This document shows positions 35,536 to 48,823 of a DNA stretch of 64,000 nucleotides, piece by piece. Numbering within the stretch: the first letter of the stretch is position 1; the number at the start of each line of letters is the position of its first letter. The translations under genes and the position numbers were made by a program. The notes beneath the pieces are model-generated. The model was not told where the DNA came from. It saw only the letters and a list, made by a program, of their open reading frames with translations, and searched no databases. The DNA is taken from contig NC_043010.1 of NCBI RefSeq assembly GCF_006345805.1, positions 29,946,001 to 30,010,000 of the forward strand, written 5' to 3'. Source of the stretch: Octopus sinensis. Taxonomy: Eukaryota.

Positions 35536-36200
35536 GACGGGTTAACGTTGGCGCGCACCTGCTCAACTCAGCCCAGCTGTTTTGATGGTGCGAGACAGCT
35601 GTTTTTGTTTGCATACACAAATGTAATAGTTCCCAATACAATGTATTCAGAGAGAGAGGGAAAAAAAGTCTAACTTCCTCGAAGAGATATCTTGTAAAAG
35701 GAAGAAAGTTTTGTAGGAAAATAAATAGGAAAAAAAAAAAAAGCGAAATTTGTACAATATCATTTGATCTTGCACTCGGATGACTAGTTCTTTCTCTTTC
35801 TGTACACACAATGTATCGATGAGAGGGAGAGAGAGAGAGAGAGAGAAAATCGCAGAAAATCATGCATATATGTATAGACGCATAAAATATTTACAGTGAG
35901 TTTGAGTTTACAACCGGATGTAATTATAACGCTGAATGTGTTTTTAAATATTGATTTCTTACGTAGGTAGATGTAGCAGTAAGGTAAGGGAGAATATTTA
36001 AAATGTTAATGCCAATTTATTATTTTTATTTAAGATTTAGCCGTGTAATTGAGGTATTTATAACAAAGAAGTGAAACCAGAGTCACGAACGAGACTAACC
36101 GGGTCTATTATGTCAGTTAAGTCTAACTATTACTAACAATTCTTTCCACTTCGGCAACACGTAGATATATTTTTATAAGTCAAAATTTTTGTATTATTAT
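35530..36200. promoter_or_regulatory. CpG-rich island: candidate, possibly bidirectional, promoter upstream of ZNF-B
   Basis: TCGCGACGG, GGCGCGCAC, E-box CAGCTG x2; donors on minus (AC|GTAAGA 35962, CAG|GTGCGC 35558) and plus (AAG|GTAAGG 35984). Confidence 0.45.
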
Positions 36201-38144
36201 AATAGAATATCTACTTAAATACATAGACGATTTTAACGTACACCATATTTTTTAGAGGGAAAAGTTGTAGAAGGCAGTCAAAACATTTTTGCAGAGTAAC
36301 TGATGACCGGTGTGCTTTTCAAATTACCAAAATACAGGCTAAACGTACTGTTTGACGGTTGAGGATTCAGCATTATCAATATAATGCCGTTCAATATAAA
36401 GCAATAATAAAGAATTTACTAATCACCATAAGGACCATATATAACAAAAAATCGTACTTCGATCTTTAATATTATTTATCAAATGAACGTAAAATAAATA
36501 ACGGCGAGGTATGGTTAGCCGGTATTTAGTAAAGAGAATTCTAGCTATATGAACTATGCACAGAAGTTTTACTTATTATTATTGCTAACTATCTTTCGTT
36601 TTTGGTGTTACAATGTAAAAGAAAAAATTAAGTTGAATCTTAAAAATATATCCAAGTATTTCGGTTCAAAAGACGGTTTTTGTTTCTCTACATGTTTTCT
36701 GCATTCTGTAACTACCAAATAGTGTCCTTTACAGACTGACAGGCAGAAATGGTTGAAACTTTCGCTTATACCTACATACATACATACACATTGTTGTGAG
36801 GAATATATATCTATATTTCTCACAATCATAAATCTTTGTTGCTCTCCAAAATTTTTTTTTAAATGCCCAAGCTATTTTAAGGTTATTTATAAAAAAATCA
36901 TTTGGTAAAAATAAAATAAAAAAATTAAAATGTTTTTTTTTATATACAAATTTCTAATAAAATAAAATTGAAGTTTAAATTTTTTACCTTCTGATACGTT
37001 TCCCGCAATTAAAAAAGAGACGTTAGGGCTCCTAACAAAGGAGACGGTGTAACCGGTGCAAATTTTCTACAGTTAAAAAAAAATCGCTTATTGTATTATT
37101 ACCGCAATATACTTCAAAAACAAAAGTACTAACTAACGAAGGTGGTTGCTCTTTTACCCTGGAGTCTGCTCCAATTAATCAAACCCATAATCAAAGGTAT
37201 TCCAATCGTGACCGTCAAGTCACTTTTTTTAAAATTCAAACAGTGCACTCTTATAAAAAAAAATGTAGTAAGACGTTAGTGGTATTTGAGGGAGTGTTGA
37301 CTGTTATTTCTAGGAGATCGTACGGTGTTCCTCTGTGGTCTTAGTCTTATTTTATAATTCTTTTCTTTTCTAGAATGCTTTGTATCAGAGTATTCAATCG
37401 TTTCTGTGTACTTGACTGTTTTGTAGACCCCCAACTCCCGCTGAAGGGCGAACGACAAAGATGACTTTAGTCGCGGAATTTGAACGCAGAACGCAAAGGA
37501 CCATTTTACAGACATTTTGTTTGACACTAACACTAGCGATTCTGTCAATCCACTGCGCGGCCAGCTAGAAATAGCAGCCCAAATCTTTCTTAATTCACTT
37601 TTGTCTTTAATACAAAAAATAAATAGATATATAAATAAATAAAAGACATTTAGTCAGCAATGTCAAATCTCACTCAATTCACACTCTCACAAATCTTGGG
37701 TTTTCGAGACTCGTGAGAGGAAAGGAGGGAAGAAATATTCTCTAGCTGGAGGTTTGGCTCGAATGTAATGTATACCAATAGAAATATGGTATCAAACGGG
37801 TTTCTAGGATTACATTGTTAAACATTACAATTGTTCTTAAACTGATTCTGCTAAAAGCTTCCAATATACCGAATGAGGGTGTTAAACTAGGAGTCAGTTT
37901 AAGTTTACCATCCAAGTAGGCAGAATTTGAACTCAGGACGGAAAGAACTGGAAAAATTATTGCAAAACATTTAATCCAATGTTCTTAGAGTTCTACCAAT
38001 CCACATCCCACGATTAGTTCTTTTTAAACGTTACTGAAGAATAAGAAATAAAGTTGACCTTGGTGGGGTATCCCGTTTGTAGCTACAGATCCTATGTGCT
38101 CATCATAAGTACGGCCACATGAATAATTGTCGTATGATATGAAA

Positions 38145-38310
38145 TCTATATAAAATTCAGAATGTGTGTGTGTTTTTGTCTGTATGTGTGCATCAATAAA
38201 ACTCGAGAATTACCCAACTGATTTCATTCAAATTTTACACATGCCCTACTTAGGGTCCATGCAGTGCCATGGGCCTAAAAAAATGTTCAGTTTCTTGCCT
38301 AATGCTAGGC
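38145..38310 (+). mobile_element. Helitron-like 5' fragment
   Basis: A|TCTATATAAAATT..TGTGTGTG start like the 55857 element; no intact CTAG end. Confidence 0.45.
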
Positions 38311-38484
38311 CGGAGCAATCTCTTATCTCTTTCAGTATTACATGTCAAAAGTGAAAAAATAACATCTCCATTGTAATGCGAGATAGTACTTTCACTTTTA
38401 CTGGTGAAACTATTAATATTTTCACTTTGTATATATATACTGATTTCATTTCTATTACCTTCACGATGCATGTATGTGTGTTAA

Positions 38485-38548
<64 letters not shown>

Positions 38549-38797
38549 GTATATGTATATTTCTGTGTATATATGTGTGTGTATATATGTATATGTATGT
38601 ATATGTATGTATATATATGTATACATATGCATATAGGTGTATATATATGTATGTATATATGTGTATATATCTTTGTGTATATATGTGTGTGTATATATAT
38701 ATATATCTATATATAAATGTATATGTGTATATATATGTGTGTGTATGTATATGCATATATATCTATATATGTGTGTGTATATGTATATATAGATAGA

Positions 38798-38836
<39 letters not shown>

Positions 38837-38869
38837 ATTGACTGTTTTGTGTGTGTGGCCTTAGAGTGT

Positions 38870-40787
38870 GCATATGCAGTTTGGGTTCGTGCCAGGGAAA
38901 AGCACCACTGATGCTATATTTCTGGTAAGATAGCTGCAGGAGAAATACCTAGCCAAAGATAAACCTCTGTACCTGGCTTTTGTTGACATGGAGAAAGCCT
39001 TGGACAGGGTCCCCCCCCCCCGATCTCTTATCTGGTGGTTAATGAGGAAACTAGGGATAAATGAATGGTTAGTGACAGCTGTGAAAGCCATGTACAGGGT
39101 CGCTGTCAGTAAGGTGAGAGTTGGCAATGACTACAGTGAAGAATTCTGGGTAGAGGTAGGGGTCCACCAAGGTTCAGTCCTCAGCCTCCTCCTATTTATC
39201 ATAGTCCTCCAGGCAATAACAGAGAAATTCAAGACAGCTCCTCTATGCTGATGGCCTTGCTCTAGTTGCTGAGTCACTATCAGAACTAGAGATGTTTCAG
39301 GTGTGGAAGCAAGGATTAGAATCAAAGGGCCTTAGAGTCAATCTAGCTAAAACCAAAGTCCTAATAAGTAGGAAGGCAGACAAACCACAGGTCTCTTCAG
39401 GTAGATGGTCTTGCTCGATCTGTAGAAAAGGTGTAGGTAGAAACTCTATAAGATGTACCCAGTATAAGCTATGAACTCATAAGAGGTGCAGCGATATCAA
39501 ATGAAGGCTAACTGGGAAGATAGTTTTTATATGTGGCAGATGCTCAGGAGCAATAAACACTGAAAATGTGCAGAGAACAACTTCTGCCACATTCCAGGGT
39601 GAAAAACTAGAAGCAGTTGATAGCTTCCATTACCTAGGTGACCAAGTCAGTAGGGAGGTGGGGTGGGGGTGCACTGAAAGTGTAGCTACGAGAATAAAAA
39701 TAACCTGGGCAAAGTTCAGAGAGCTCTTACCTCTGCTGGTGACAAAGGGACTCTCACACAGAGTAAAAGGTAGACTGTATGATGCATGTGTACGAACTGT
39801 CATGCTACATGGCAGTGAAAAATGGGCTGTGACTGCTGAGGACAGGTGTAAGCTTGCAAGGAATGAAGCCTGTATGCTCCAATGGATGTGTAATGTCAGT
39901 GTGCATACTCTACAGAGTGTAAGTACCCTGAGAGAAAAGTTGGACCTTAGAAGCATCAGTTATGGTGTGCAAGAGAGGCGACTGTGCTGGTATTGTCATG
40001 TGGTGAGAATGGATGAGGATAGCAGTGTGCAAAAGTTCCACACTCTAGCGGTTGAGGGAACCTGTGGAAGAGGTAGACCCAGGAAGACCTGGGATGAGGT
40101 GGTAAAGCACAACCTTCAAACATTAGGCCTCAGGGAGGCAACGACTAGTGACCAAGACCTTTGGAAATATGCCGTGCTTGAGAAGACCCTGCAAGCCAAG
40201 TGAAACCATAACCCATGACCTATGCCAGTGGTGTAACCAGCCCACTTATGTGTACCTTTCCTTCATTGGACACTAAACTCTGCTTGTGAAGACCTGTTGA
40301 GGGAAGTGGAATTGAAATCAAAATCAAATTCAATGACTGGCATCTATGCCAGTGGAGTGCTAAGAGAACCATCCGAGCATGATCGTTGCCAGAGCAGCTG
40401 ACTGTCACGCAAAAAGCACCATTTGTGTGTGATCGTTACCAGTGTCACCTTACTGGCACTTGTGCCGGTGGCATGTGAAAAGGCATTTAAGCAAGGTCGT
40501 TGCCAGTGCTGCTGGACTGGCTCCTGTGCAGGTGGCACATAAAAAAAACACCATTTGAGTGAGGCCCTTGCCAGTACCGCCTGACTGGCCCTCGTACCAG
40601 TGGCATGTAAAAGCACCCACTATACTCTCAGAGTGGTTGGCGTTAGGAAGGGCATCCAACTGTAGAAACTCTGCCAGATCAGATCGGAGCCTGGTGCAGC
40701 CATCTGGTTCACACGTCCTTAGTCAAATCGTCCAACCTATGCTAGCATGGAAAGCGGACGTTAAACAATGATGATGATAGTGATGAT
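38870..40787 (+). mobile_element. 5'-truncated RTE LINE: RT with PHD insert, 3'UTR, (GAT)n tail
   Basis: MQFGFVPGKSTTDAIF..AFVDMEKALDRV..GVHQGSVLS..LYADGL..NLAKTKV..CSIC..YLGD..RGRPRKTW*; several stops and frameshifts. Confidence 0.95.
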
Positions 40788-41529
40788 ATATATATATAAA
40801 TATATATATAGGGATATTGGATATATGTATGGAAAAGTGGATGGTAAATGAAGGGAATAACAATGATGGTTGGTAGAATAAGTAAAGTTTCGGAAAAAAA
40901 TGCCTTGTGGTACTTAGTTACAGCTTTCTATGTTCTGAGTTCAAATCCCATCAAGGTCAGCTTTGCTTTTCTTCCTTCTGGGATCTATAAAATAAAGTAC
41001 TAGTATTGTACTGGGATAGATATTCGGCTATAACTTTTTCCCAGATTTGAAGCCTTGTTATTTTGTTAGAAATCAATATTTAAAAATAAATGTACTTGCA
41101 TAATGTGTTGGTGTATCTCAAATAACATGCTTACACTGGCTATTCAGTACAGTTTCATGTGGTTTACTACATTGTGACAAAATAACTTAACAAAATGACA
41201 AGACAGAAAAATAACAGACAACAGATGTCTTGTAGCCGTTAGCTTTAAACCTAAACACTATAGATAGATAGACTAACAGACAGAGTGAGTGAGAGAGAGA
41301 GAGAAATAGGTGAGCAGGTAGGTACATGAATAAATGGAGAAATAGACAGATAACTAGAGAGATAGATTAATGGATTGATAGACTGAGAGATAGATACATA
41401 GAATAAATATTAAGATAGATAGACAATAAAATAGTATGATAGACAGATAGATAGCAATATTAACAACAAACTAATTGCAAGTACGCTGTGTACATGACTG
41501 CTTTGTTAAGCACATAATAATAATAATAA

Positions 41530-42690
41530 TTCTTCCTAATTTTGTTGCTTCCGTTCCATCTCTTTGTATTTGGAGCAGTCGACCTTGAGGTGCTGAACGC
41601 TTTCACAAAAGTAGCACCTCGGCCTCCTGCCCTCCACGGCTCCGTGTAGTCTCGCAACGTCCGGTAAGTTTATGGAGTCAAGAATAGAATTTAGGGCTTC
41701 TTGTTCAATTTGAACGAGGAGCTCCAATCCCTAGCCCGTGTAATTTTGTTGGTGCAATTTATGCACCTCCAGTATTGTGGCGGTATCCTCTATATCAAAG
41801 AGGACACTCGCTACCAGCCAGCATATATTTATTTCGGGGGGCACCTCCCCAATTTTTATTTTTGTAACGCGCCGGCCCAGGTATATCGGCACGAGCAGGA
41901 ATTCTTCAGTTTTTAGTGGCATTGTGGAATGCTGTTTTGCTTCTTCCTCTGTTGCCAAACGCACTTCCACAGTGCCGAAGCGTCTTCCACGCGTCACATA
42001 TGTTTTCCTGTTCCATATTGGTTTTAATGCTATTTCCAATTGCTGTTGAGTCGCTCGTTCAACTTTTTTTTAAATATTTAATGTTCTGTAGATCAACGTT
42101 CTTTTTTTCTGCGTATCCTTTACCAGTTCTTGTGGGGTGTTAAGGAAGATATAACTTCCTTACTTACTTCCTTAACAACCCATTTACATACTTTAAGTCA
42201 TCGATAGTTAACTGAATTAATTGCCTGTTTTGTTTCGCCGTCGAGGTGAAACCGTTACCCTTTGGTTTGTCGTTGTTGTTCCTGTTTGACATTTCCTTTT
42301 TGTCTGTGTTCATGTTGGTGTTGGCGGTATTTTCCTGACTTTTTTCTTATTTTTCTATGTTAATAGTGGTGCTGGTGCTGTTAGTGGTGTTGGTTCTTGT
42401 GCCGTTCAGAGGAGAGGAAATCTTCGCAGTACTGGCCGTCAGAACAGCCATTGCCACTCCCCTCGACAGAGGAAGCCATCTTGTTCTTCGTTCGACGAAA
42501 GACAAAAAAATATTTTTAATGGACAAAAAATCCAAAATTCGCCCTTAAAAGAGGAAACTTTTCAACAAAAAATCCCTTCTGCACACCATAAGAGGTTTAG
42601 GAAACAAAATCAAACAAACAAAACAGTCAAGAACCTTCAAAAAGCTACAACAAAATCCCAACTTACGTAGCACTCAAAACACGTCTTACC
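41530..42690 (-). mobile_element. Isolated 5'UTR plus gag-like ORF1 (CCHC knuckle) of an L1/Tx1-type LINE
   Basis: AAGATGGCT start at about 42479; ORF pieces 41731-42039 and 41536-41727 ending CYFCESVQHLKVDC (CX2CX4HX4C); no ORF2 follows. Confidence 0.75.
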
Positions 42691-42714
42691 TCGCCGACAA
42701 CAACAGCAATAATA

Positions 42715-42751
<37 letters not shown>

Positions 42752-42752
<1 letters not shown>

Positions 42753-44008
42753 CTCATACTAAAAACTGAACTCAACTCTAAAAATCGCATCGATACCATT
42801 AACACTCTGGCATTTCTAGTCGTCCAATATAGTTTTAACATCATTAACTGGAATTTTACAGAGCTCCAATGCCTGGACAGGAAGACAAGAAAAATATTAA
42901 CTTCTAAGAACATGCACCACCCAAAACCAGACGTTGATCGTCTGTACCTACCTAGAGGTAATAGGGGAAGAGGAATGATGCAGATAGAACTGTGCTATAA
43001 GACTTTCACAATAGTACGCCGGGTGAAATGCGTAGCGGTATTTCGTCCGTCTTCACATTCTGAGTTCAAATTCCGCCGAGGTCGACTTTGCCTTTCATCC
43101 TTTCGGGATCGATAAATTTAGTACCAGTTGCGTACTGGGGTCAATATAATTGACTCACCCCCTCCTCCAAAACTTCGGGCATTGTGCCTAGAGTAGAAAA
43201 GTACAGAGGATTAAGCGCAATGACTTAATTTCGTGTGCAAATACGAAAGCATCAAAAAGTCACATTTGATTGTCAAAGGAAGCTTGCAAATTCGCAAGGT
43301 AACTTGGCATTAACCCTAAAATAGTTGAAGAACCTGAAACCACTGTCACAAAACAAGCATACTGGATCAAGCAAACTGCAAAAAGTACGGGCAAAAACAA
43401 ATTGAGGGGCGATGGATCCAGAAGCCTCTGCATGGACATTATATACTTCGAAGTCGAAATGCTGATGTAGATCAAGCAACAACTGAGAAGTGGCTGAGAA
43501 GTTCAGGACTAAATGCAGAGACTGAAGGTTTCATATTGGTGGCACAAGGCCAAAGCTTGCTCACAAAAAAAAAAAAACAAACAAAAAAACTATCAGGCTG
43601 ACTTTCTTCAAAACGGTTCTAACCTTAAAAGCAGATTCTGCGACACATTTGACGAAACAATAGACCATCTCGACTCGGGATGTCCCGTGTTGGCACCAAA
43701 CGAATATAAAACCGCCACGATAGGGTAGGACAGTATTTACATTGGAAAATATGTAAACACTACAAAATCGGCACTCCTACTTACTGGTACGAACATCATC
43801 CTGATCTAGTCGTTGAAGGTAAAAATGTCACTATCCTCTGGGATTTTCCAGTCAACAGTAATAGCACTACTAGGCACCGCGCACATCCTACGTAAAACAC
43901 TTTCAATACAGTAAAAATAAGAGAATCACAACAAACCACAGCGCATACCCAAGGCACACAGCACTGTGCAGGGTAGTGCAGTGAAAACACGTGATAAGAA
44001 TAAGACTA

Positions 44009-44042
<34 letters not shown>
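42752..44042 (+). mobile_element. 5'-truncated R4/Dong-clade LINE flanked by (AAT)n, interrupted by SINE A (43015-43200)
   Basis: INTLAFLVVQYSFNIINW..LDRKTRK..HPKPDVDRLYLPRG..GRG; WLRSSGLNAETEGF..ETIDHLDSGCPVLA..RHDRVGQYLHW..ILWDFP; ends LLGTAHILRKTLSIQ*. Confidence 0.88.
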
Positions 44043-44044
<2 letters not shown>

Positions 44045-44175
44045 TGATCAGAGTCCCACCCATGCCAGCTTCGTTACCCACCCTCTCTATGATATAGCAC
44101 ATAAAATGGAGGTTATCGTGTATAGTCCTGGTTGGGATGGCGCGTGTTTGCGCCTCGCCGATACTCAATTTGCCC
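44043..44175 (-). mobile_element. Tx1/L1 RT fragment (motif 2-3)
   Basis: QTRAIPTRTIHDNLHFMCYIIERV..GGTLIN. Confidence 0.8.
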
Positions 44176-44199
44176 CCCCCCCCCATATCGCTAAGTTGA

Positions 44200-45196
44200 G
44201 TTACTGGGCATGATGATGATGCGAGATATGCACAAAGGCTGCGTCATCTCCTACAATCCTTTGACATTGAACAGATGTGATTGACGTTTGTCAAAAGCAT
44301 TTTTCTACAACTCATCTCTTTGAAAACTGTCGTCCTGAATAAGGCTAAGATCGAGACAGGGCGCTCGGTATCTGAAATGTTGAGAAGTGCTTACAGCCAT
44401 CTGACAGGGTAATGTGGTCGGTGGAAGTTTCATGTTGGAATTCTAAAGGGAATTAGTGATAGACAAACACAACAGCAGTCTAGGAGAATTTCAGGTCAAC
44501 GACGAAAACCAACCGGCTTGTCTGTTCGGGAGACTTTCGGGCCGGAGCCCGTAGATAATTTAAAAAAATCCCTAACCAGACAGTACTGCCATGGGGCATT
44601 GCCGGTCTGAGATAAACTCTACAAGTATGAAAGTGTCGTCAGCCGTGTCTGTCCGAGATGTACGCAGAGGGATGAAACCGTTGTGCTCACACTCGTCCAG
44701 TGTCCGAGCTTGACTGGTGGAGTTATGTCGAAAAGCAACTATCACAGAGAGGATGGATTCGGCTTCAACTGAGACAGTTGTGAAGATCGTCCTGTCACGT
44801 TCCTTTGGTCTGGAAAGGTAGGCAGTCTTGTGACATTGTTAAAAGAGGCGGAGTGGTGGACGATATTGAAGTGGGTGCAGACAGGTACTTTCTTCTTTGG
44901 CCAAGCCGGCATCAAGTTTCACTTAAAAAGGAAAATATGGGCGGAGAGGGAAGTTGAAATTTGATAGAAGACGCGAATGAGAGTGATGAACATGGTCCGA
45001 CTAAACGGTCTTGTGCTGAGCATACGCCTGCAGACTAGAGAAGAACAGTCGAGAGCGGGAACACTAGCCTTATTGGTCACGGTGACCGTGGTTTTGTGGA
45101 GTTTCGTCCAGTAGCCCAAGGAAGACTTTCAACACTTTGATGGAATTATTTGAATCTTATATTTTCGTTGCTTTTTGGTTTTACCCATTTTTATAT
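44200..45196 (+). mobile_element. Tx1/L1 ORF2 C-terminus and 3'UTR, inverted relative to flanking fragments
   Basis: RYAQRLRHL; GALPV*DKL..VCPRCTQRDETVV..QCPSL zinc knuckle on the + strand. Confidence 0.82.
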
Positions 45197-45836
45197 TCTG
45201 ACCAGCGGGCCCGTCCCATCTACAAAAAAGCGGAAGAGTAAGGTGCTCCAATCTGATCAGACGTGAACTGGGGCAAGGCACGATGCTAAGTATAGTAGAC
45301 GATGGATACGATGTAGGCGTTCGCTACCTCTGCCTAACGTTTCAGGGATAACATCTTGCTGGTCACCGTCTTTGTCACCTTGTCCTATTTCTCCAATTAG
45401 AGATCTGAACCAAACCAGACACCGAGCAATTTAAATGGTCCGTCCGTCTGTCTCTCCATGACGCTACTGGACGGCATGGACCTATCTCTTCAGGTGCTGA
45501 GTTGCAGCTTCACCATTTTTCCTTGATTGATTCTAGCTTCCATCAGTGCCTTGAAGTTTTCGAGCGGTGCTGATCACCTCGATGTACTTGAATGAACTTA
45601 TTTCTAACACCATGAAATTTACGTCGTCCCCAAATGCCGATAAGGATCTTTTGCATCCCAGTGCGCGTGAGCTGCCTCTCAACGACTCTAGCTTCTGTAG
45701 TAGTGGTCGATCCTCAATACCCACAAAAGAGACGCGAAGGGACGATCTTGAAGCACCGAGAGTATGATACTGACTGGTTCCGATAGGTGGCCAGTCACCC
45801 TTACCACCGAGCTGATGTCGCTGTACATTGCGGCGA
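45197..45836 (-). mobile_element. Second Tx1/L1 RT segment (motif 4 to thumb)
   Basis: IAAMYSDISSVVRVTGHLSEP..AFGDDV..LLGVWFG..GPLVR. Confidence 0.82.
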
Positions 45837-48110
45837 TCTGACCAGTGGAACCTGTCCCCTCCAGAGAAAGTGGAAGAACAAGCGCTCCAGTTTGGTCGGC
45901 CATGAAACAGAGCAAGCACAACAGTCAGGCGTTAAATGATGTATGGATACAATGTGGCATTCACCGATTCCGCACGTCTCTTCAGAGATAGCTTCCACTC
46001 GGGCCCATTTCTGGATGTGATTTATCACTCCACTCGTCACCACGCCCCAATTCTTGTTCACTTGATCTGTATCAAACTGGACCCCGTGCAATTCAACCGA
46101 TTCGTCTAGCGCTTCACGACGCTGTCGGGTGGCATGGATCTACCCCTCCAGGCCCACCAAGATTTTCTGGTTAATTTTTACTCCTGTAACCGCTTCATAC
46201 ATTCTCAGAGCTGTGCCAATCACCTAGTTGTATTTGGTGTCCGACGCTATAACGGGATGCCATTCACATATGCGGAAACAGTTCTCCCACATCCTAGTTC
46301 ACAGGAATACTCCTCGAAACCTCTAATTTCTGCAATAGTGGCTGAAGCGCATGATACTGAACGGTTCCGATAGATCCAGTTACTCTCACCACTGAGTAAA
46401 TGTCGCTATACATTTCAGTAGGCCAACCTCTGAAGACGGGATCGAAATCAACCGCCGTGAGGACAGCCGCCAAGTATTGATGGCTAATCCTATCGAATGT
46501 TTTCGACTACCTAAACTGATGATGGTCCCATCCATATCAGGTTCTTTACTTACCCTTTCTATGACGTATCGCGTGAGGTGGAAGTCATCGTGGAGAGATC
46601 TGTTTGCTATGGTACATATCTGTGTGTCTCAACAGATCATCGATGAGAAGTGCCAAACTCTTCGCTAACATTTCGGCCAAAATCTTCAGTTCTGCATTTA
46701 TTGGCATGAAGTTGTTAAAATCATCTACCTTGTTTGGGTCGTTTCTCAGTAGTGTCACCATATCTCGTTTTGCAAAACTGGCAATTCTTCCGTTCTGCTA
46801 CTGACATCTGCCCGAACACGTTTGGCATTATAGAGATAAAACTCGTAGGGCAGTCCATCCAGCTTTGGTGATTTCTCTCCCGTGCAGCCAATCATCGCTT
46901 CCTGTATTTTCATTGCTGTTATCGGCCTTTCACGTAATTCCGCGTTTCCAACTGAGAGAAGGCTGAAAGACGTCGAGGTAGGCAATAAAATTCACCCCCG
47001 TTTTCCGTTCACCGTCCACCCCAAACATTTGAGAAGTACCAGGGAAAAGCCCTACGCGTCTGCTTGGAATCTTATAGCACGCACCCATCCCGATTGGTCA
47101 AAGACTGAATTGTGGCTTTGTTGACACGTGGACCCTTTGCCTGTACCATTTCCAGTGCCCATCTAATGGTTCTGACAATGCAACCTTCATGAAGAATTGA
47201 TTAAGGGCCAATTTCGCGCGTGTATCTCTACATATAGCTTTCCAAAACACCTCTTTGAGATTTCTAACTAGCTGACCCTCTATTCTAAAATGCTCTGTCA
47301 CCATTTCCTTACTAAACCTTATCGGTTTATAAACCTTATCGATTCATAATCCCGTTCAGGACTAACCACAATCAGTTGTCGACGGTCACTCCCGTCAACT
47401 TCCTCTTAACTAATTCTATAATCCTTACTCCGTAAACATGACATGCCGAAAAAATGCGTTCAGTTTCCAGTAATTGGGTCCCTGTCTAGCAGCTCATAGG
47501 TCGACAGTACAGATCACAAATTTGTGACCTGTGTAACCGACAACTTCGAAATGTGAACATTTTATGCTAACCGTATCTACTGGCCTACAGAATAATCTGT
47601 CTGGAGTCTTCTGTATGATTCGATGCTGTTTGACCGCGTTCACAGTGGCACATTCGCAAAATCAAGTCGATACTTCTCCGACAGATGGAAACCTTTGTGC
47701 ACTTTTTTTGCAACCCAGTAAAGTTTCGCGATCTCTCAACATAATGTATGCCAATATTCATCAGCAGTCTAGCTCTGATAGGACTCCCTGCATTGTTATC
47801 TTTACTGCTCTTCTTCCCAAACAAACGAGAAATATAGTGAAGTTCTCATGTCTGCCGAGTGACCACTGTATGTTGTACAACGAGAATCTCAGCCTTAAAT
47901 AGGACCGTGATTCCACCGAACTGCGTTGCTCTCAATATATCCGATGTCCTGCCATACATCGCAAAGGGCTTTTGTATCTGCACATTCGTGACCATCTCTA
48001 GGTGACGGTTAAACTCACGATGCGAATTTTATCACTGTTTCTAGCGATACATAACTGTCTTCTTAGCTAGGGTGTCACGATGAAGCGCAAGCTCGGCTTT
48101 TCTCCTTCTC
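45837..48110 (-). mobile_element. Decayed Tx1/L1 ORF2: APE endonuclease, linker, RT to thumb
   Basis: GPNYWKLNA (endonuclease end), KSPKLDGLPYEFY (RT start), TKLERLFFHFLWRGQVPLVR; many stops. Confidence 0.88.
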
Positions 48111-48185
48111 AATTTTCCTAAATCGAGCGGTGTTTTCTAATTTTTCACCATTCATCTTCTAGGATAAACTATCTAAGGAAACCTC

Positions 48186-48785
48186 TGTAGTGGCTTCATG
48201 CAGACATGGCATGGATTCTATCCTCAATTACCGAATTTCACTTAACAGTTCAACCGCACTTTTCTCACGGTAAAACATTTTTTTTCTGTGAGTGACAGCA
48301 GTTACATTTGCCAGATGCCTTCGCTAATCAGAATAATGTCATTGCCACCTGAGCCTTCTAACCTCTTCTAGGCCACCAAAAGCTAGAATAGAGATAACAG
48401 ACCGCCAACGAAATCTGTTGTTCTCAACAATATGTCTATCCTTCTGGCTGGTTTTGGATAGTTATAAAAACAAAAACTCCGCAAGCCAAAGTCAGTTAAT
48501 GAGAATCGAGTCAGGCTGACCGGCTGAACAAAACGCCGTCTCTGAAGGAAAAGGCACAAAGGGATAACTACGGTAACTCACCAACGAAGCAAGTGTTTCG
48601 TCCCACCACTCTCACTTTCACTAACACACTTTCTTTTCTCTTGCCATATCTCTCTGTATCATCCGTCGTGGTATGGCATATATCAAAGTAACGGTAAATA
48701 AATATTTCTTTACAACTTCGATCACTGTTCTTCGTTCATCTTTCACATCTTACAACATGCCGCTACAATAACAACAACTGTTACA
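48186..48785 (+). mobile_element. Candidate retrotransposon LTR
   Basis: TGTAGTGGC (48186) / GCCGCTACA (48767) inverted ends, TATAAAA about 48464, AATAAA about 48696, followed by a tRNA-complementary sequence. No second LTR or gag/pol seen. Confidence 0.45.
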
Positions 48786-48787
48786 AT

Positions 48788-48823
48788 TGGTGACCCCGAC
48801 GTGATTCGAACATGCAGCCTTCT
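48788..48823 (-). pseudogene. tRNA-Trp 3'-half copy including CCA (PBS-like on the + strand)
   Basis: TGGTGACCCCGACGTGATTCGAACATGCAGCCTTCT is the reverse complement of a metazoan tRNA-Trp(CCA) 3' end plus CCA, with about 3 mismatches to the recalled sequence. Confidence 0.8.
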
